A stretch of DNA of 64,000 nucleotides from Chara braunii (lineage: Eukaryota; Plantae; Charophyceae), in assembly GCA_003427395.1 (NCBI GenBank), contig BFEA01000013.1:5475039-5539038 (forward strand), given 5' to 3'. Under the pieces are notes generated by a model. The model searched no databases. It had not been told where the DNA came from and was given only the letters and a program-made list of their open reading frames with translations. Positions 59,901-64,000 of this stretch are shown here, piece after piece. Within the stretch, counting starts at the first letter, position 1, and each line of letters opens with the position of its first letter. A program made the position numbers and the translations under genes.

Positions 59901-62030
59901 AACCGCCTCCTCAGAGAAGCCACCGGCGCCCTGGAACGAACCCAACAACGATAAGCCAACAAGACCAACAAACACAAACGAGAAATCACATTCAAAGTAG
60001 GGGACAAAGTCTGGCTCTCTGCCAAACACTTTGACCCTAACATGGCTTGTCTAAGAAACTCTCAAACAAGTGGCTTGGTCCATTCCACGTCATTGAACAA
60101 ACATCCCCCGTAAATTACAAACTTCAACTAACCCCCGACATGAGTTGTGTTCACCCTGTCTTCCATGTCGAGTACTTAAAAGAATACCATGAATCAATTC
60201 GTTGACCGCCCATACCCTAGACCCCCACCAATCATGCTACCTACTGGGCCAGAATTCGTGGTAGAATCTGTCATAGGACGAAGAACAACTCAAGTATCCC
60301 ATCACCCGAAACCAATCACTGAATACAAAGTCAAATGGACCGGATACCTAGATGAAGAATCTACAAGGGAACCCTTCATTAATCTCAAGAATGCCATGAA
60401 ACTTGTTCGTGCCTATGATCTTGCTCACCCTGTACTCTAGCTATCTACTACGTATAAAACCATATTTTTTGCATAAACCTGCCCCATTCCTCTACACACA
60501 CCTCGTGCACCCAGCAAAACCCCTGCCTCTCGACCTCTCCCTATCTGATCCGCTCTTGCCTCCGTCCCGTTTCCCAATCTATCCTCTGCCACATCCTCTG
60601 TCACTCTTGTGCAAGCCTTACATGTGGCTTCTGCTCATCGCCGACGATAAAGGATCTAATGGCAAGCGCACGAGGACGATGGTCTGTTGTAGCACAGTTC
60701 GAGGAGATTAAGCAGTTGGTTGGCCACCATGCTGTCCCGTTGGCCGGCACCTGGACTCGCAGACTTTTGGAGCAGCACTCTAGACATGGACATCATGACC
60801 AGTTTGCGACTTGCTATCCGGATCAGACCATCATCAGGATCTATAATCGGACGCACCCTGCTACTTGGACCTCCATCTATTGGACTGCTACTTTCAAGCT
60901 GGAACCTTTGCTACTACAGGCCTCAAGCCTGTTGACGACTGGTTTATCAACAACATTTTGTACATGGACTTACTTCAGACCTGCTTCAAGACTCTCAGCC
61001 AGACCATTTTGCAGAACCTGTGATTTCCCCCCCCACTCCATTCGCTTCGAGATCCTCAGAAACCCAACCCCTAAACATTGCAAAATAATTTTCCTTCCTT
61101 TATTTTTGCTCCCATAACCCTTTCGCCCACTAGTTCATCAGTACGACAACCATGTTCCCCCCTTAGATCATAACCTTGTAGTCCATCAATAGGACAATCG
61201 TGTTGCCCTGCATTTCCTAAACCCTGTAGTTTATTAGTAGGCAAACTTTGTTCCCTCTCGTCCGGTCCGCATACCCTTTAGCTCATCAGTAGGAAAACCT
61301 TGTTTTCCTCAACCCTTGTTATCCACATTATACCTCTCCCTTTTTTTCCTTGCTTCCCAGTGATTGACCCCGACCCGTCCTTCACAGGATGTAACACTAT
61401 TTCCATGACTTTTGGCAGTCGGAACGTTGCCTTCTAGAGGGAGGGGATAGTGTTACAGACTCCACCAGGGCTCGATCACTGGTTTGCGGGTTACCACCCG
61501 CCAACTTGTTGTATTTATTCTTATTTTTGTTTTTACAATTTTTTTCTTTTCTTTTCTTTGTTTTTGCTTTTTTTGATTTCAGACAGTTGGCGCCATCTTC
61601 ATTTTGGCGCCCGTTTTCGAAATCCTCCTTTTAGGACTGTCGGATTTCGGACACTTGGCGTTTTCAAAATCCTTCTTTTAGGACTTTCGGATTTCAGACA
61701 CTTGGCGCCATCTGACATTTTGGCGCCCACTCTAAGACTTTCGATTTTCAGTTTTGGCCCTGAGGCATTTTCGCTTTTGCCCTCGGGACCGGACTTTAGT
61801 CCAGTACTTATGTATGGACTCGAGCCAAGTACGGGCAACCAGTTTTCAGCCTCAATGCTTGTTTTCAGTGTGACTTTGCTGCAACATTGTGTTCGGGAAT
61901 TCAAGACTACGACTTTTGCGACTTTGTATCTGCTGCCGTCGAGTCGTGTCGAGTCTGCATCGAGTTGAGTGAGCGTGTGTGTGTGCGCAGTCGGGAACTC
62001 AAGACCACAACAAGTACGAACTACCTGAGG
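56938..62030 (+). mobile_element. Second decayed chromovirus-type Gypsy (RT, RNase H, integrase, chromodomain, ~1-kb 3' UTR, PPT, LTR start)
   Basis: Motifs include [10 protein letters not shown]...VYVDDILVF (57334..57732), TTDASDFALG, HH...H...CPTC, DRDPRF and chromodomain FVVESVIGRR...EYKVKWTGY...EP..NL (60189..60440). The PPT AGAGGGAGGGGATAG (61436-61450) precedes TGTTACAG at 61451. The LTR end is not defined. Confidence 0.92.
59229..59403. other. Assembly gap (N run)
   Basis: Run of N, with flanks that repeat the same integrase segment. Confidence 0.99.
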
Positions 62031-62099
62031 GGAGGATGGTCCTTCTTAGAAGTTGGTAGACTCTTAAACGCATGAGTGCACAAACATGTGTGAGGAGGG

Positions 62100-64000
62100 T
62101 ATGCATCTATTCTTCTTGCCTTAGATGGGGCAGGCCATCAATACCCCCCCCGAGATAGAGGAAGTCGTTGCTAAGTATTTCAAGCTTGAGGAGGAGCCCT
62201 CATGAGTCGTTGATAGGGAGGTGGTCCACGCGATAGAGATTGTGCCTGTCTCTTATACACATCTAGATGTGTATAAGAGACAGATAGGGAGGTGGTCCAC
62301 GCGATAGAGATTGTACCAGGTAGCAAAGCGCATAGGGGTTGGGACCCCCCCGAGATAGAGGAAGTCGTTGCTAAGTATTCAGAGCTCGAGGAGGAGCCCT
62401 CATGAGTCGTTGATAGGGAGGTCGTTCACGCGATAGAGATTATACAAGGTAGCAAAGTGCCTAGGGGTAGGATCTATAGGTCTCTTGTTGAGCTAGATGA
62501 GCTTTATAGACACCTAATGGGACCTATCGAGAAGGGATGAATACAGGTGAAGTATGTCTCCCTACGGTGCACCCGTCTTGTTCGTTCCTAAAAAAGGACG
62601 GGGCATTGGGGATGTGCATTGATTGTAGAGGCCTCAATGCCATCACTTTTAAGAAGGGCCTCTACCTTGCATCGATGACCTCTTGGATAGGGTACAGGGA
62701 TGTAAATACTTCAGCTAGATAGATATGAAGTTTAGATATCATCAAACATAGATTAGGCGTGATGATGAGCATGAAATTACATTTCAGACCGGGTATGGTA
62801 TGTACGAGTTTTTGGTGATGTTGTTTGGACCATGTAATGCACGCGGTATGTTGCGGCTCACCACGAATCAAATTTTCCATGATTACTTAGCTCACCATGA
62901 ATCAGATTTTTCATGATTACTTAGCTCACCAGGAATTGGATTTTTCATTATTACTTAGCTAAGTTAGCTCACCATTGAATTGGATTTTTCATGATTACTT
63001 AGACATGATTACTTAGCTCACCATGAATCGGATTTTTCATGATTACTTAGACAAGCTCACCATGTATCCTCATTTTTAGTAGAAGTCTGGAGGAGCATGC
63101 ACAACACTTCAACATCATGTTAGGTTCTTGTGGTCTTCACCAAAAGCACAAACATAAGATTAACCTGGAGAAATGTGAATTTCGTCGCTCCAGAATCTTG
63201 TACCTAGGTCAAAAGGTTTGTGTGGAAGGATTGATGCCCGAACATGTGAAGGTGGCCAGCATTAGGACTTGCCATGACCTCGGTCTGTGACTGAGGTCAG
63301 ATCGTTCTTCGGGATGAATGGCTACTATCTATCCATTTGTAAAGAATTATAACATGATTGCAAGCCCCTTGATCGATCTTGTGAGTGTGCTTATGGGAGT
63401 ACACTTCGACTCATTAGGAAGTCCTGAAAATCCCAGATCCTGACAAATTGTTTATTGTGACAGCCGATGCTAGCCAATACGATATAGGCACGATTCTACA
63501 GCAGCAGGAGGGGAAAAAGTTGAGCCCATCGAGTACATGAGTAAGAAGATGCCATCCGAAAAATTAGCAAAGTCGACCTACGAAAGAGAATTGTATGCCC
63601 TGCGCAAAACCTCGGCACATTGGAGGCACTATCTCCATGGATTCTTGGGAGTGAGATCGGACCACGAGACTCTCCAGTGGATCAAGACGCAACCCACTCT
63701 CTCTGACGCGCTGAAGAGAATGATTCAAGTCGTTGATATGTCAAAGAAGAGTTTTACGTTGTCGATGGTCTCTCACAGTGGGCAGACTATCAAAGGGCGC
63801 TAATAATTATAAAGTACAACCTAGCTGACGATGTAACTGAACGATTAGTGGAAGCCTGCAAGGGGGATAGGTTTGTGTTTGAGATCATTCATAGACTTGA
63901 GCACAGCATAATGCTATATCAAACGAGTTTGTGATGGTCGACAAGCTACTCTTCCTTGAGAAGGCATGGAATTAAAGGTTGTGTGTGTGTGGAGCAGCGA
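62100..64000 (+). pseudogene. Heavily decayed Gypsy RT-RNase H remnant running off the window
   Basis: GALGMCIDCRGLNAIT (62537..62722) and STYERELYAL...HWRHYL...VRSDHETLQWI (63537..63803). Confidence 0.85.
62246..62283. other. Nextera mate-pair junction adapter (assembly artefact)
   Basis: Exact 38-bp adapter with duplicated flanks. Confidence 0.99.

Noticed and set aside
62875-63065. Novel ~35-bp minisatellite (CATGATTACTTAGCTCAC)
   Set aside because: It is a stutter of the RT MNxIFHDYL codons in a region that also has an adapter artefact, so it is probably assembly noise or trivial slippage.

Overview
This is a gene-free, repeat-saturated eukaryotic window. The Gypsy Gag/protease sequences look like those I recall from charophyte algae such as Chara, which is an inference and not a database result. 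It is mostly nested, decayed Ty3/Gypsy LTR retrotransposons, at least 10 fragments, several with chromodomain integrases. The best preserved lies at 31441-37408 (gag zinc knuckle-PR-RT-RNaseH-INT-chromodomain-PPT-3'LTR). No intact host gene or intact pol was found. Three Nextera mate-pair junction adapters and an N gap show that parts of the assembly are artefactual. Five non-coding signals stand out. (1) A 2.2-kb element with 17-bp TIRs and an 8-bp TSD (hAT-like) is filled with A-tailed U6 snRNA copies, including a 37-bp U6 sense/antisense hairpin. (2) An array of seven stem-loops at 38153-38862 has a conserved 20-nt loop and stems that differ in sequence but stay complementary. (3) Two adjacent TTAA-flanked TIR elements can be removed in silico to restore a Gag reading frame. 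(4) A mosaic of permuted 18S rRNA and snRNA-like fragments lies near 28.2-28.9 kb. (5) Three copies of a short repeat carry a minimal hammerhead-ribozyme-like core.
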